In this document: positions 1-8,066 of the stretch, in pieces
Numbering within the stretch: position 1 is the stretch's first letter
How the letters are laid out: the number at the start of each line of letters is the position of its first letter
IMG/VR virus record: IMGVR_UViG_3300044467_000006
Location: 1 to 21,149 of that record
Origin: a virus
Direction: 5' to 3' (one strand)
DNA length: 21,149 nucleotides
Notes under the pieces: generated by a model
Database searches by the model: none
What the model saw: the letters and a program-made list of their open reading frames with translations, nothing else
What the model was told of the DNA's origin: nothing
Position numbers and translations under genes: made by a program

Positions 1-62
1 GTTCTGGCTGCTTACGATGCCTTTGTGTCGCTCCGTCGAGCAGAAAACAGGGATGATACGTA

Positions 63-260
63 ATGCGCGCGAAGATCATTGGCTACGAGATCGTAGAGGA
101 GAAGCCTTCGGTGCTACGATGGGATGGAGATCAGCCAGTTTTCTACAAGAAGAACGGCCCTTCCTCGTGGGTAAACGTCACCATTCAGATGGACGGAGAT
201 GTACCAGACTTGGGCAAAATCCTTAGAGCGGGCGAAGTGAATATTACGGAGGTTGCATGA
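63..260 (+). CDS. hypothetical protein (65 aa)
   Basis: ORF whose stop overlaps the ligase start (ATGA coupling at 257-260). Confidence 0.6.
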   Translation: MRAKIIGYEIVEEKPSVLRWDGDQPVFYKKNGPSSWVNVTIQMDGDVPDLGKILRAGEVNITEVA

Positions 261-1261
261 GTTCTTTTAGCGTTCCCTTCATCCGAATCGGCAAGATCGG
301 CAAGCACCCGAATGCCGACAGCCTGTCCATCACGACTGTCGATGGCTGTCCCTGCATCTTCCGCACGGGCGATTTCGAACCCGGGCAAGCAGCCATCTAC
401 GTTCCTGTGGATGCCGTCATCCCTGAGACTGTTCCGGGCACCGAGTTTTTGGGCAAGAAGCGCCGTATCAAGGCTATGCGCCTTCGCGGCATCTTCTCCA
501 TGGGCCTCTTGCTCGACCCCGAGAAGGTGCTGCCTCCTATGAGCGGCTCCATCGAGCCAGAAGGTCGTGACCTGTCTGCTCGCCTTGGCATCACCAAGTA
601 CGAGGAGCCCGAACCTCTCTGGATGCAGACCGAGCAAGCATCGGCTCCAAAGCTGCCCTGCCAGCCTCCCGTGTATGACGTAGAGAGCTACCGCAAGCAC
701 AAGAGCATCCTCATCCCGGGCGAGCTTGTCTCCGTAACCGAGAAGCTCCACGGCACCAACTCTCGCTTTGTCTCCTACGAGAACCAGCTTCATGTCGGCT
801 CTCATCGGACGTGGAAGAAGTACAACGAGGGCAATATCTGGTGGCGCATGGCCAAGAAGTACGACCTTGAGGCCAAGTTGGAGGAGCTTCCCGGCGTCGT
901 GCTGTACGGCGAAACCTTCGGGGCCAACGTCCAAGACTTCTCCTACGACCTCAAGGAGCCCGAGGTCCGGTTCTTCGACGCTTTCGATGCTATCAATGGT
1001 CGCTGGCTAGACAATGACGAGTTTATTTGCCTGATGAGCAACCTCGAACTGCCTATGGTCCCCGTGGTCTGTGAGGGTCCATACGATCCGGCTATCGAGA
1101 ACAACGCTGACGGCAAGTCTACTCTAACGGAGAAGCAAATCCGTGAGGGCATCGTTATCAAGCCGGTGAAGAATCGGTGGGATCCGACCATCGGCCGAGT
1201 CATCCTTAAGCTTGTCAGCGAAAATTATTTGACCCGCAAGGGCGGGACTGAGAACCACTAG
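257..1261 (+). CDS. RNA ligase, DRB0094 family (N-terminal tRNA-binding/OB-like domain + Rnl2-type nucleotidyltransferase)
   Basis: N-terminal HPNADSL and RLRGIFSMGLL (Trbp111/EMAPII-like); motif I TEKLHGTN, YGE, FFD, EGIVIK, terminal LK; SD GGAGG upstream. Confidence 0.9.
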   Translation: MSSFSVPFIRIGKIGKHPNADSLSITTVDGCPCIFRTGDFEPGQAAIYVPVDAVIPETVPGTEFLGKKRRIKAMRLRGIFSMGLLLDPEKVLPPMSGSIEPEGRDLSARLGITKYEEPEPLWMQTEQASAPKLPCQPPVYDVESYRKHKSILIPGELVSVTEKLHGTNSRFVSYENQLHVGSHRTWKKYNEGNIWWRMAKKYDLEAKLEELPGVVLYGETFGANVQDFSYDLKEPEVRFFDAFDAINGRWLDNDEFICLMSNLELPMVPVVCEGPYDPAIENNADGKSTLTEKQIREGIVIKPVKNRWDPTIGRVILKLVSENYLTRKGGTENH

Positions 1262-1269
1262 GAGAATGC

Positions 1270-1470
1270 ATGGATCCCGCCAGTATTGCTCTCAAGCTAG
1301 TCAAGACCGGGTTGCTGTCCATGGTGGCGGCAACACTCATGTTTTTCGTAGCTGCCGCCGTCTATACGTATGACACGTCTAGCTGGGCAGAGAGACTCTT
1401 CAAATTTCTTTGCGGCACCACCGCTGCCTGTTTCGTTGCTGCTGTGCTACTTTCCATTTGGGGTTCGTAA
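1270..1470 (+). CDS. small membrane protein (2 predicted TM helices)
   Basis: SD AGGAG; two hydrophobic stretches. Confidence 0.65.
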   Translation: MDPASIALKLVKTGLLSMVAATLMFFVAAAVYTYDTSSWAERLFKFLCGTTAACFVAAVLLSIWGS

Positions 1471-1622
1471 TGACTTTGCTTACGATTGGGTGTATCTTCG
1501 GTGGCGTAGGCGGTTGCATCTACATGGCTGCCGACAGGTACGACCTTGAGCTTCAGTCGGTTGGTCGTCATTTGTTCTTCGTTGGCTTATTCTTCTGCAC
1601 AATTCACTGGATACTCAATTGA
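1470..1622 (+). CDS. small membrane protein (50 aa)
   Basis: TAATG coupling at 1468-1472; hydrophobic; stop overlaps the next start. Confidence 0.55.
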   Translation: MTLLTIGCIFGGVGGCIYMAADRYDLELQSVGRHLFFVGLFFCTIHWILN

Positions 1623-2416
1623 AGATTTTTCATGCAAGCGACTGGCATACGGACGGCTACGGAGCCGTCAGCATCCTTGACCGGATGATTCGGGAGGAAG
1701 CTGGCGAGCAGCCCGATCTTGTCATCCTGACCGGCGACATGGTGCGCAACTTTCACCCAAGCCTCAAAGACTTGGGCAACGAGGAAGTGCTCCAAGAGCG
1801 CATCTACCAGAACTTGGTTAGCTACATCGACCGCTGTTGGCCCGGCGTGGACATCTTCGCCGTCCGTGGCAACCATGATTGGTGTGACTACGAAATCTCG
1901 GGGTCGGCCAAGGCGTTTGATGCCCAAGAGGGCGGGAGCTTTGTATGGAACGGATTAAAGGTTGCGGGCTTTCGTGGAGTTCCGGCTCTTCACGGCTTTT
2001 GGAAGGACGAGTACAACGAGAGGCAGCTTGAGGCTTTGTGCGCTGGGGTTCCCAGCAACACCGATATCCTCGTGACACACGCTCCTCCCCATGGTATTAT
2101 GGACGACGTTCGCGACGCGGTAAGTCGCGTTCCAATCCCGGGCATGGAGGATACAACCATCCAGCCCAGACACATTGGTTCTTTTGCTATTAGAGAGTTA
2201 GTGGACAGGCTGCCGAACCTCAAGCTGCACGTCTTTGGTCACTGCCACGAACAGGGCGGGCAGGTGCAATCTAGGACTTACGCTATAAGACAGCCGGTGA
2301 TTCCGTTCTACGGCTCGGGAGCGAAAGAGGGAATCTGCGCTCCCGACCAGAAGTACCGACAAGTCATCTTCTCAAACGCGGCTGGTTGTGTTAATATGAT
2401 TCATCTGGGGGTATAG
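1619..2416 (+). CDS. calcineurin-like metallophosphoesterase
   Basis: Motifs SDWH, TGD, GNHD, THAPP, FGHCH in canonical order; TTG start. Confidence 0.9.
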   Translation: MKIFHASDWHTDGYGAVSILDRMIREEAGEQPDLVILTGDMVRNFHPSLKDLGNEEVLQERIYQNLVSYIDRCWPGVDIFAVRGNHDWCDYEISGSAKAFDAQEGGSFVWNGLKVAGFRGVPALHGFWKDEYNERQLEALCAGVPSNTDILVTHAPPHGIMDDVRDAVSRVPIPGMEDTTIQPRHIGSFAIRELVDRLPNLKLHVFGHCHEQGGQVQSRTYAIRQPVIPFYGSGAKEGICAPDQKYRQVIFSNAAGCVNMIHLGV

Positions 2417-2477
2417 TTCAGCGGTAGAACATCGGCTTTGCAAGCCGAGAACGTTGGTTCGATTCCTACTACCTCCA
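2407..2477 (+). tRNA. trnA: tRNA-Ala (anticodon TGC)
   Basis: Acceptor GGGGGTA/TACCTCC with the G3:U70 Ala identity pair and discriminator A; D-arm GTTC/GAAC; anticodon arm TCGGC-TT TGC AA-GCCGA; T-loop TTCGATT; no encoded CCA. Confidence 0.93.
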
Positions 2478-2518
2478 TGGAAACATCGGGCGTTGTGCAG
2501 AGTCTCAATCTTCCATAC

Positions 2519-3079
2519 ATGGACGAAATCATCTACTCAAAGGAATACGACGGACTTAATAGGAAATGTGTTAGAAGTTCTTGCAAGCACTGCGGCAAGC
2601 CATACGTTGTCAGGTATAGTCTTCGGAAGTCCAAGAAAACATGCTCGATGATGTGCTCTTTCGCTTTGCGTAGTATCAAGCGGGAAGTCCGTTGTGCATG
2701 GTGCAATAAAAGCTTCTCAAGAACACCCAAAAAGCTCAAGACGAAAAGCGGGCTGGTGTTCTGTTCCCGAGCTTGTAAAGACAAAGCACAAAGGATTGGT
2801 GGGCTAGAAGCTATCCAGCCAGACCATTACGGAACAGAAGACCCTCGATACACCTATAGAAAGAGAGCGTTTGAGGTTTACGGCAAAGCGTGTTCTTCGT
2901 GCCACTACACTCATAAAGAATCTATGTTGGATGTACATCACATAGATTCAAACAGAGAGAATAATGCGCTCGGTAACCTTGAAGTTTTATGTGTATGGTG
3001 CCATGCAATTAAAACCCGAAAGCAAGAGTGGCATTTACAACAAGACGGCATCGCATTGACGGAGGAGAAACATGGCTAA
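2519..3079 (+). CDS. HNH (homing) endonuclease with N-terminal Cys zinc-ribbon repeats
   Basis: CKHC, CSMMC, CAWC, FCSRAC repeats, then CSSC...LDVHHIDSNRENNALGNLEVLCVWCH; more AT-rich than flanks; alternative in-frame ATG at 2477. Confidence 0.88.
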   Translation: MDEIIYSKEYDGLNRKCVRSSCKHCGKPYVVRYSLRKSKKTCSMMCSFALRSIKREVRCAWCNKSFSRTPKKLKTKSGLVFCSRACKDKAQRIGGLEAIQPDHYGTEDPRYTYRKRAFEVYGKACSSCHYTHKESMLDVHHIDSNRENNALGNLEVLCVWCHAIKTRKQEWHLQQDGIALTEEKHG

Positions 3080-3548
3080 GCACAAGTGTATCGTTCTTCG
3101 TGGTTGCAGCGGCTCTGGCAAATCTACCTACGCCAAGGTCAACTACCCGAGGGCTCAGGTCTTCTCGACTGACGATTTCTGGATTAACGTCCATACGGGG
3201 GCTTACGAGTTCGATGTCAAGCGTCACTCCGAGGCACATGCATGGAACCTTCGTCGGTTCATCGATGCCGTTCAGTACGCAATCAACTTCGACAGCGACC
3301 CTCAGACCTTCGTGGTGGACAACACCAACACGACGGTCGCGGAGTTCGCTCCGTACTGCGCCATCGCGGGGGCCTACGGCTTCGATGTCGAGATCGTGAC
3401 CATCGACGTGGAGGTTGATGTCGCTCACCCTCGCAACGTCCACAACGTCCCCCAGCCCGTTGTTCATGGGCAGCGCCGGAACCTTGTGGCCAACAACTCC
3501 CTCATCCCGAAGTGGTGGAAGCACAAGAAGGTGGTGCAGGATGGCTAA
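3072..3548 (+). CDS. P-loop kinase, AAA_33 / polynucleotide kinase (N4BP2-like)
   Basis: LRGCSGSGKST Walker A, STDDF, VVDNTN, RNVHNVP; SD GGAGGAG. Confidence 0.85.
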   Translation: MAKHKCIVLRGCSGSGKSTYAKVNYPRAQVFSTDDFWINVHTGAYEFDVKRHSEAHAWNLRRFIDAVQYAINFDSDPQTFVVDNTNTTVAEFAPYCAIAGAYGFDVEIVTIDVEVDVAHPRNVHNVPQPVVHGQRRNLVANNSLIPKWWKHKKVVQDG

Positions 3549-3771
3549 GGACCGCAAGCCTGTCCGTAAGTTCAAGGCAGACGAGTTGCTTGCTATCTTG
3601 CAAGCTAAGATCGACAAGGAAGAGCACACCGTCAAGTGCTGCACGACTGACGACGGGACCGGGGTCCGTTGGCTTATGCGCAGCGAATTCCAGTCCGCTG
3701 CCGCTCGGAAGAGCGCTTTCGTTGAAGCCAAGATATTGCTGCTTGAAGCAGTCGCCAAGGAGACTACATGA
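3541..3771 (+). CDS. hypothetical protein
   Basis: ATG at 3541 overlapping the kinase end; ATGA coupling to the next gene. Confidence 0.65.
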   Translation: MAKDRKPVRKFKADELLAILQAKIDKEEHTVKCCTTDDGTGVRWLMRSEFQSAAARKSAFVEAKILLLEAVAKETT

Positions 3772-4016
3772 ACCCATGCCCTAGCTGTAAACGAACCAAC
3801 GGCACCCACACCATCAACTGCCGTCGCAGGTATACCAAGAGTGAGGACGAGAGCTACCGGGCGTACAACCCCGTCGATCCTCTCGTTACGGCGGCTTTGG
3901 TGGCTATGGCCACGGATAGCTCGTCCGACCCTAGCTCAGTGGACACTTCGTCCTCTGATTCGTGGTCGGGTGGTGGCGGGGACTTCAGTGGCGGTGGCGC
4001 TTCAGGAGACTACTAA
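3768..4016 (+). CDS. small protein with N-terminal CxxC..H..C and C-terminal Ser/Gly-rich tail
   Basis: SD AAGGAG; tail SWSGGGGDFSGGGASGDY. Confidence 0.7.
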   Translation: MNPCPSCKRTNGTHTINCRRRYTKSEDESYRAYNPVDPLVTAALVAMATDSSSDPSSVDTSSSDSWSGGGGDFSGGGASGDY

Positions 4017-4186
4017 TGGACTTCATTACGTGGTGGTTTGACGAGCATTACATCCTTTCAACCGTCTTCACTACCAACATGTCGCTTGCGTGGTCTTTCT
4101 TCACGGGCAACGTTGGGCGAGGGGTTATCTGTACTGCTCTGATTTTTATCGGGGCGGCGTGGCAGAATCGCCAAAAGAGGGGCTAA
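4016..4186 (+). CDS. small membrane protein
   Basis: TAATG coupling at both ends; hydrophobic. Confidence 0.55.
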   Translation: MDFITWWFDEHYILSTVFTTNMSLAWSFFTGNVGRGVICTALIFIGAAWQNRQKRG

Positions 4187-4455
4187 TGCTCAAAAGAATC
4201 TTGGTACTTGCCGCTTTGGCCTTGAGCGCCTGCACTCCGCAAGATGCGCAAAAGATCAAGGAGGTCAGGGTTATCGACCAATGCTTGCGTACCCAAATCT
4301 TTAAGGACTGCCTTGTTGTGGTCCCTAAAGGCCCAGAGAGGATTGCGAACTCTAACGACTGGGAAGAGGTTGTGACTGCATGCGCCGACGCAGCAATGTA
4401 CCAGTCTGTGAGACAGGCTGGACAAGTCAAGGCCGAGTGTGCTATTGTGTGGTAG
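4186..4455 (+). CDS. putative lipoprotein
   Basis: Signal MLKRILVLAALALSA|C with lipobox LSAC; four further Cys. Confidence 0.75.
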   Translation: MLKRILVLAALALSACTPQDAQKIKEVRVIDQCLRTQIFKDCLVVVPKGPERIANSNDWEEVVTACADAAMYQSVRQAGQVKAECAIVW

Positions 4456-4462
4456 GTGACTT

Positions 4463-5080
4463 ATGAACCGCTACAAATATCCGAAGACTCCCCACCTCCC
4501 TTGGAGCCCGGGTATGCAGAACGACGATACTCTCATTGAGAGTCTTGACGACTTCCTTGGGGAGCGGGTCATTGTGACCGAGAAGATGGACGGGGAGAAT
4601 ACGTCCATGTACCGCGACTACATCCACGCTAGGTCTGTGGATGGACGGCATCATCCTAGCCGTAATTGGGTGAAGGCTCTGCACGGAGAAATCAAGCACT
4701 CCATCCTGCCGGGGTGGAGGATTTGTGGCGAGAATCTGTATGCCAAGCACTCGATTGCTTACGAGGATCTGCCGAGCTACTTCATGGTCTTCTCGATTTG
4801 GGACGACGAAAACGGCTGCTGGGATTGGGACTACACCAAGCGATATTGCGCTGTAAGGAATCTAATTACTGTTCCGGTGCTGTATGACGGCATCTGGGAC
4901 GAGGACACTATCCGGTCTTGCTATAGGCCGGGTATGGAAGGCTACGTGGTTCGTAGAGCAGATGGTTTCGAGTTTGACGATTTCCGTAGCCGGGTAGCGA
5001 AGTATGTCCGAGCAGGACACGTTCAAACTTCGGAGCATTGGATGCATCAGGCAATTGTGCCAAATCAAACAAGGAACTAA
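4463..5080 (+). CDS. Rnl2-family RNA/DNA ligase (minimal nucleotidyltransferase domain)
   Basis: KYPKTPHLPWS, motif I TEKMDGEN, CGENLYAKHSI, EGYVVR, AKYVR. Confidence 0.88.
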   Translation: MNRYKYPKTPHLPWSPGMQNDDTLIESLDDFLGERVIVTEKMDGENTSMYRDYIHARSVDGRHHPSRNWVKALHGEIKHSILPGWRICGENLYAKHSIAYEDLPSYFMVFSIWDDENGCWDWDYTKRYCAVRNLITVPVLYDGIWDEDTIRSCYRPGMEGYVVRRADGFEFDDFRSRVAKYVRAGHVQTSEHWMHQAIVPNQTRN

Positions 5081-5081
5081 C

Positions 5082-5339
5082 ATGGCTAAGAAGACTCAGG
5101 TTGTCACGAAGGATCTCACTGACGTTGTTTACTCGTTCTGCAAGAGCCGCTTCAATCGCGGTGGCGAGAAGGACAACTTCCATATGGACACGCTGCGCAA
5201 GCACGTTGCCAAGGTTGTTGGCAAGGTCGCCCCGGATTCGCCGGGTCGAACCCTTCGCCAGCTTCGTTCCTACGGCGCGGTGCAGTACACCGTGCTCGAC
5301 CGCAGCAAGTCGCTGTACGGCATTCTCGGCGTGTACTAA
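5082..5339 (+). CDS. hypothetical protein, possible winged-helix
   Basis: SD AAGGA; APDSPGRTLRQLRSYGAVQY resembles a wHTH recognition helix plus wing. Confidence 0.6.
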   Translation: MAKKTQVVTKDLTDVVYSFCKSRFNRGGEKDNFHMDTLRKHVAKVVGKVAPDSPGRTLRQLRSYGAVQYTVLDRSKSLYGILGVY

Positions 5340-5437
5340 GCCGCTCGCTGACTACGGTACTCGGTGGAACGTCCTACAGAGAGTAGGCCACTCGGTCGCA
5401 ATCCGTAGCTTGCACCCCAAACCGTGCGGGGAGCTTA
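5337..5437 (+). ncRNA. candidate structured intergenic RNA / cis-regulatory element
   Basis: Nested stems TAAGC/GCTTA, CTACGG/CCGTAG, GTGG/CCAC, CCTAC/GTAGG, GCAC/GTGC. Confidence 0.35.
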
Positions 5438-5448
5438 TGGGAGGACAC

Positions 5449-5763
5449 ATGAAGTTAGTAACCAATGACCACTATGGAGGTTTTAGTCTAAGCGCAAAAG
5501 CTATCGCTTGGTTAATCGGGCGGGGCTACAAGCACAAGGGTAGGGTGGTCGACCCCGATTACCGCACTATTGCCCGCAACCACCCCCTCCTTGTGGAGTG
5601 CGTAGCAGAGCTTGGGAGGGACGCCAATGGCGGATGCGCTTCTCTGAGTATTGAAGAAGTGGACGAGTCCGCTCCTTGGTTCCTAGATGAATATGACGGC
5701 GCGGAAAGGATTAGGTATTTCTCAGACGATCACGGCTGTAACTTGACTTCTAACTCGAACTGA
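5449..5763 (+). CDS. conserved phage hypothetical protein
   Basis: SD GGAGGA; motifs YGGFSLS...R.HP.LV...EYDGAE typical of a recurrent phage family. Confidence 0.75.
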   Translation: MKLVTNDHYGGFSLSAKAIAWLIGRGYKHKGRVVDPDYRTIARNHPLLVECVAELGRDANGGCASLSIEEVDESAPWFLDEYDGAERIRYFSDDHGCNLTSNSN

Positions 5764-5771
5764 TTTAGGAT
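5743..5771 (+). promoter_or_regulatory. sigma70-type promoter
   Basis: TTGACT-N17-TAGGAT, ATG 6 nt after the -10. Confidence 0.7.
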
Positions 5772-5777
5772 GGCGGC

Positions 5778-6455
5778 ATGTCAAACATATCTGAGAAGAT
5801 TAACAAGCTCCTCGCCCTCGCTTCGTCCTCCAATCCCCACGAGGCGGCTCTCGCTGCATCCCGAGCGCAGGAGCTTATGATCCGTTATGCGGTGGACGAG
5901 GCAGCCCTTGGCGAAGCTGGGACGGCCAAGAACGAGCCCATCGAGACTCAGCCCGTGGGCTTCACGTATAAGCGTATCCCGAAGTGGGAGCCCATCCTCC
6001 TGAACGCCCTGTCGCGTTCCTTCTTCTGCCGGGCGTTCTACATGCCCGGGGTCGATGCCTACATCGTCGGTCGGGCTTCTGACCGTGCGGCGCTTCTTGC
6101 TACCTTCGCCTACCTCCGCAACGAGGTCCGCAGGCTGGCCGAGATCGGCTGGCAGGCTCAGCCCGCAGAGTTCCATGTCCACGGCAAGCGCTGGAAGGAC
6201 AGCTTCTACCATGGAGTCTGCATCACGGTGCGCGACCGGCTTGCTGAGAGTCTAAAGGAGCTTGTGGCCGACAATTCCAACACTGCCATCGTGCTGGCCA
6301 ACAAGCAGAAGGAAGTGGACGACTTCGTGAGCCAGAATCACAAGCTTCAGACTGGCAGCGCAAAGTCTGTTGACCGCAGCGGTTTCTCGGCTGGCATGAC
6401 CGCTGGCCACGCCCTGAACCTCAAGGGCGGCACCCAGAAGCAGCTTGCAGCCTAG
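5778..6455 (+). CDS. DUF2786 domain protein
   Basis: N-terminal KINKLLALASSSNPHEAALAASRAQELM; C-terminal G...G tail typical of the family. Confidence 0.85.
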   Translation: MSNISEKINKLLALASSSNPHEAALAASRAQELMIRYAVDEAALGEAGTAKNEPIETQPVGFTYKRIPKWEPILLNALSRSFFCRAFYMPGVDAYIVGRASDRAALLATFAYLRNEVRRLAEIGWQAQPAEFHVHGKRWKDSFYHGVCITVRDRLAESLKELVADNSNTAIVLANKQKEVDDFVSQNHKLQTGSAKSVDRSGFSAGMTAGHALNLKGGTQKQLAA

Positions 6456-6463
6456 GAGGATTA

Positions 6464-7462
6464 ATGGAACCCCTTGAAAAGATCGGCTTCTACACTCTGT
6501 CCGACATGCGCCGTCGCACGATCTCTGGCTACGTTGGGGGCTACCGCAACTTTCCCGGTTTGTCTCGTTGCGAACTTCTGATTACGGACGCCTGCAACTT
6601 CAAGTGCCCCTACTGCCGTGGCTGTGCCGAGGAGTTCAAGGGCACCATGAAGGCGTCTGCTGCCTTCAACACCCTTCACCACTGGGTCAGCGACGGGCTC
6701 AAGAACGTTCGCTTCTCTGGAGGCGAACCCACCCTGCATCCTCATCTGGTCGAGATGGTGAAGTTCTGTAAGCTGAATGGAGTCAAGCGCATCGCGCTGT
6801 CTACCAACGGCTCTGCGCCCCCAGCCCAGTACGAGGCTCTGGTCGAGGCTGGGGTCAACGACTTCTCGATCTCGCTGGACGCTTGTTGTGCTGACAAGGG
6901 CGACGAGATGGCTGGCGTCAAGGGCTACTTTCCTGTCGTGGTGGACAACATCCGCTACCTGTCTTCGAAGACCTACGTGACGGTCGGGGTCGTCCTGACG
7001 GACTCCAACGTGGCTGACATGCTGAAGACGGTTACCTTTGCTCACGAGCTTGGGGTGGCCGACATCCGCATCATCTCATCGGCGCAGGAGAACAAGGAGC
7101 TTGCGGACGCCATCAACATTCCGCAGGACATCCTTGACGCGCATCCGATTCTGGCGTATCGTGTTCGTCACATCAAGGAAGGCCGCAACGTCCGAGGCAT
7201 CAAGGAGACTGACTGCAACCGCTGCCCGCTGGTGCTGGACGACATGGCCGTTCTGGGAGACAAGCACTTCCCGTGCATCATCTATCTGCGGGAAGGTGGA
7301 AAGCCGATTGGGACTGTCGGGCCTGACATGATGCTGGAGCGGGCTGTCTGGTATAGGGATCACGACACCCATAAGGATCCAATCTGCAAGAAGAACTGCC
7401 TCGATGTCTGCGTGGACTACAATAATGCAGTCGAACACGAACTGAAGCTCATGGGGGAATAA
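6464..7462 (+). CDS. radical SAM protein with Cys-rich C-terminal (auxiliary cluster-like) region
   Basis: CNFKCPYC (CxxxCxxC), FSGGEPTL, STNGS, ISLD; C-terminal CNRC, HFPC, CKKNCLDVC; SD AGGAGG. Confidence 0.9.
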   Translation: MEPLEKIGFYTLSDMRRRTISGYVGGYRNFPGLSRCELLITDACNFKCPYCRGCAEEFKGTMKASAAFNTLHHWVSDGLKNVRFSGGEPTLHPHLVEMVKFCKLNGVKRIALSTNGSAPPAQYEALVEAGVNDFSISLDACCADKGDEMAGVKGYFPVVVDNIRYLSSKTYVTVGVVLTDSNVADMLKTVTFAHELGVADIRIISSAQENKELADAINIPQDILDAHPILAYRVRHIKEGRNVRGIKETDCNRCPLVLDDMAVLGDKHFPCIIYLREGGKPIGTVGPDMMLERAVWYRDHDTHKDPICKKNCLDVCVDYNNAVEHELKLMGE

Positions 7463-8043
7463 TGTCGAGGACTTACCGCTGTCGCCACCTTCCCTCTCTG
7501 CCCGGCACCACCAAGCGGGTAGTGGAAGGCTGTGGACGATTCGGGTATTACGACAAGGACCGCATTCTGGAGAAGATGCTGGAGAGCCTTGGCTTCCCGC
7601 GTCCCGATCCGTTCGTGCATCCCCTGACCACTATCGTCAAGTCTCCCGGAGCTACGCACAAAGTCTGGCATCCTCCTGTTTACTACGGCAAGCCCAAGTA
7701 CCGAGACCCCGCTGCCTATGGCTTCGCTTTCGACTGGACGGACATCAAGACTCCCGGCTACCACACCATCGAACCCGGAGTCTTCCGGCCTACGGCAGCT
7801 TGGGCTGTCTACAAGCAGGCCAAGGAGCAGCTTGAGAACTCCATCATCTGGCCGGTGAATAGCTGGCACCCTCTCCAGAGGCGCTACAGCGTCGGCAGCC
7901 GCAAGAAGTATTACCGCACGCTGGGGAATCGCCTGAACCGTCACAAGACGCGGCAAATCCTCAAGTCCAGCATCATCGACGAGGATTGGGATGGCTTCTT
8001 TCCGCACAAGAATGAAGTCTTCAACTGGTGGGACATCTACTAG
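7462..8043 (+). CDS. hypothetical protein (basic, aromatic-rich)
   Basis: TAATG coupling; phage-like codon usage. Confidence 0.7.
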   Translation: MSRTYRCRHLPSLPGTTKRVVEGCGRFGYYDKDRILEKMLESLGFPRPDPFVHPLTTIVKSPGATHKVWHPPVYYGKPKYRDPAAYGFAFDWTDIKTPGYHTIEPGVFRPTAAWAVYKQAKEQLENSIIWPVNSWHPLQRRYSVGSRKKYYRTLGNRLNRHKTRQILKSSIIDEDWDGFFPHKNEVFNWWDIY

Positions 8044-8066
8044 GAGGCACCGTGGAACCCGTGAGC

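Noticed and set aside
185-934. Long antisense/alternative-frame ORFs (also 3009-3809, 6461-7045, 7417-8007, 10712-11428)
   Set aside because: Shadow ORFs of GC3-biased genes with clear motifs in the other frame or strand
2478-2520. Theta/HDV-like ribozyme downstream of the tRNA
   Set aside because: Only a 4-bp GGAA/TTCC pairing; nested double pseudoknot not found
6464-7462. Prokaryotic viperin or MoaA call
   Set aside because: Lacks viperin-specific residues around the Cys motif and any Moco gene context
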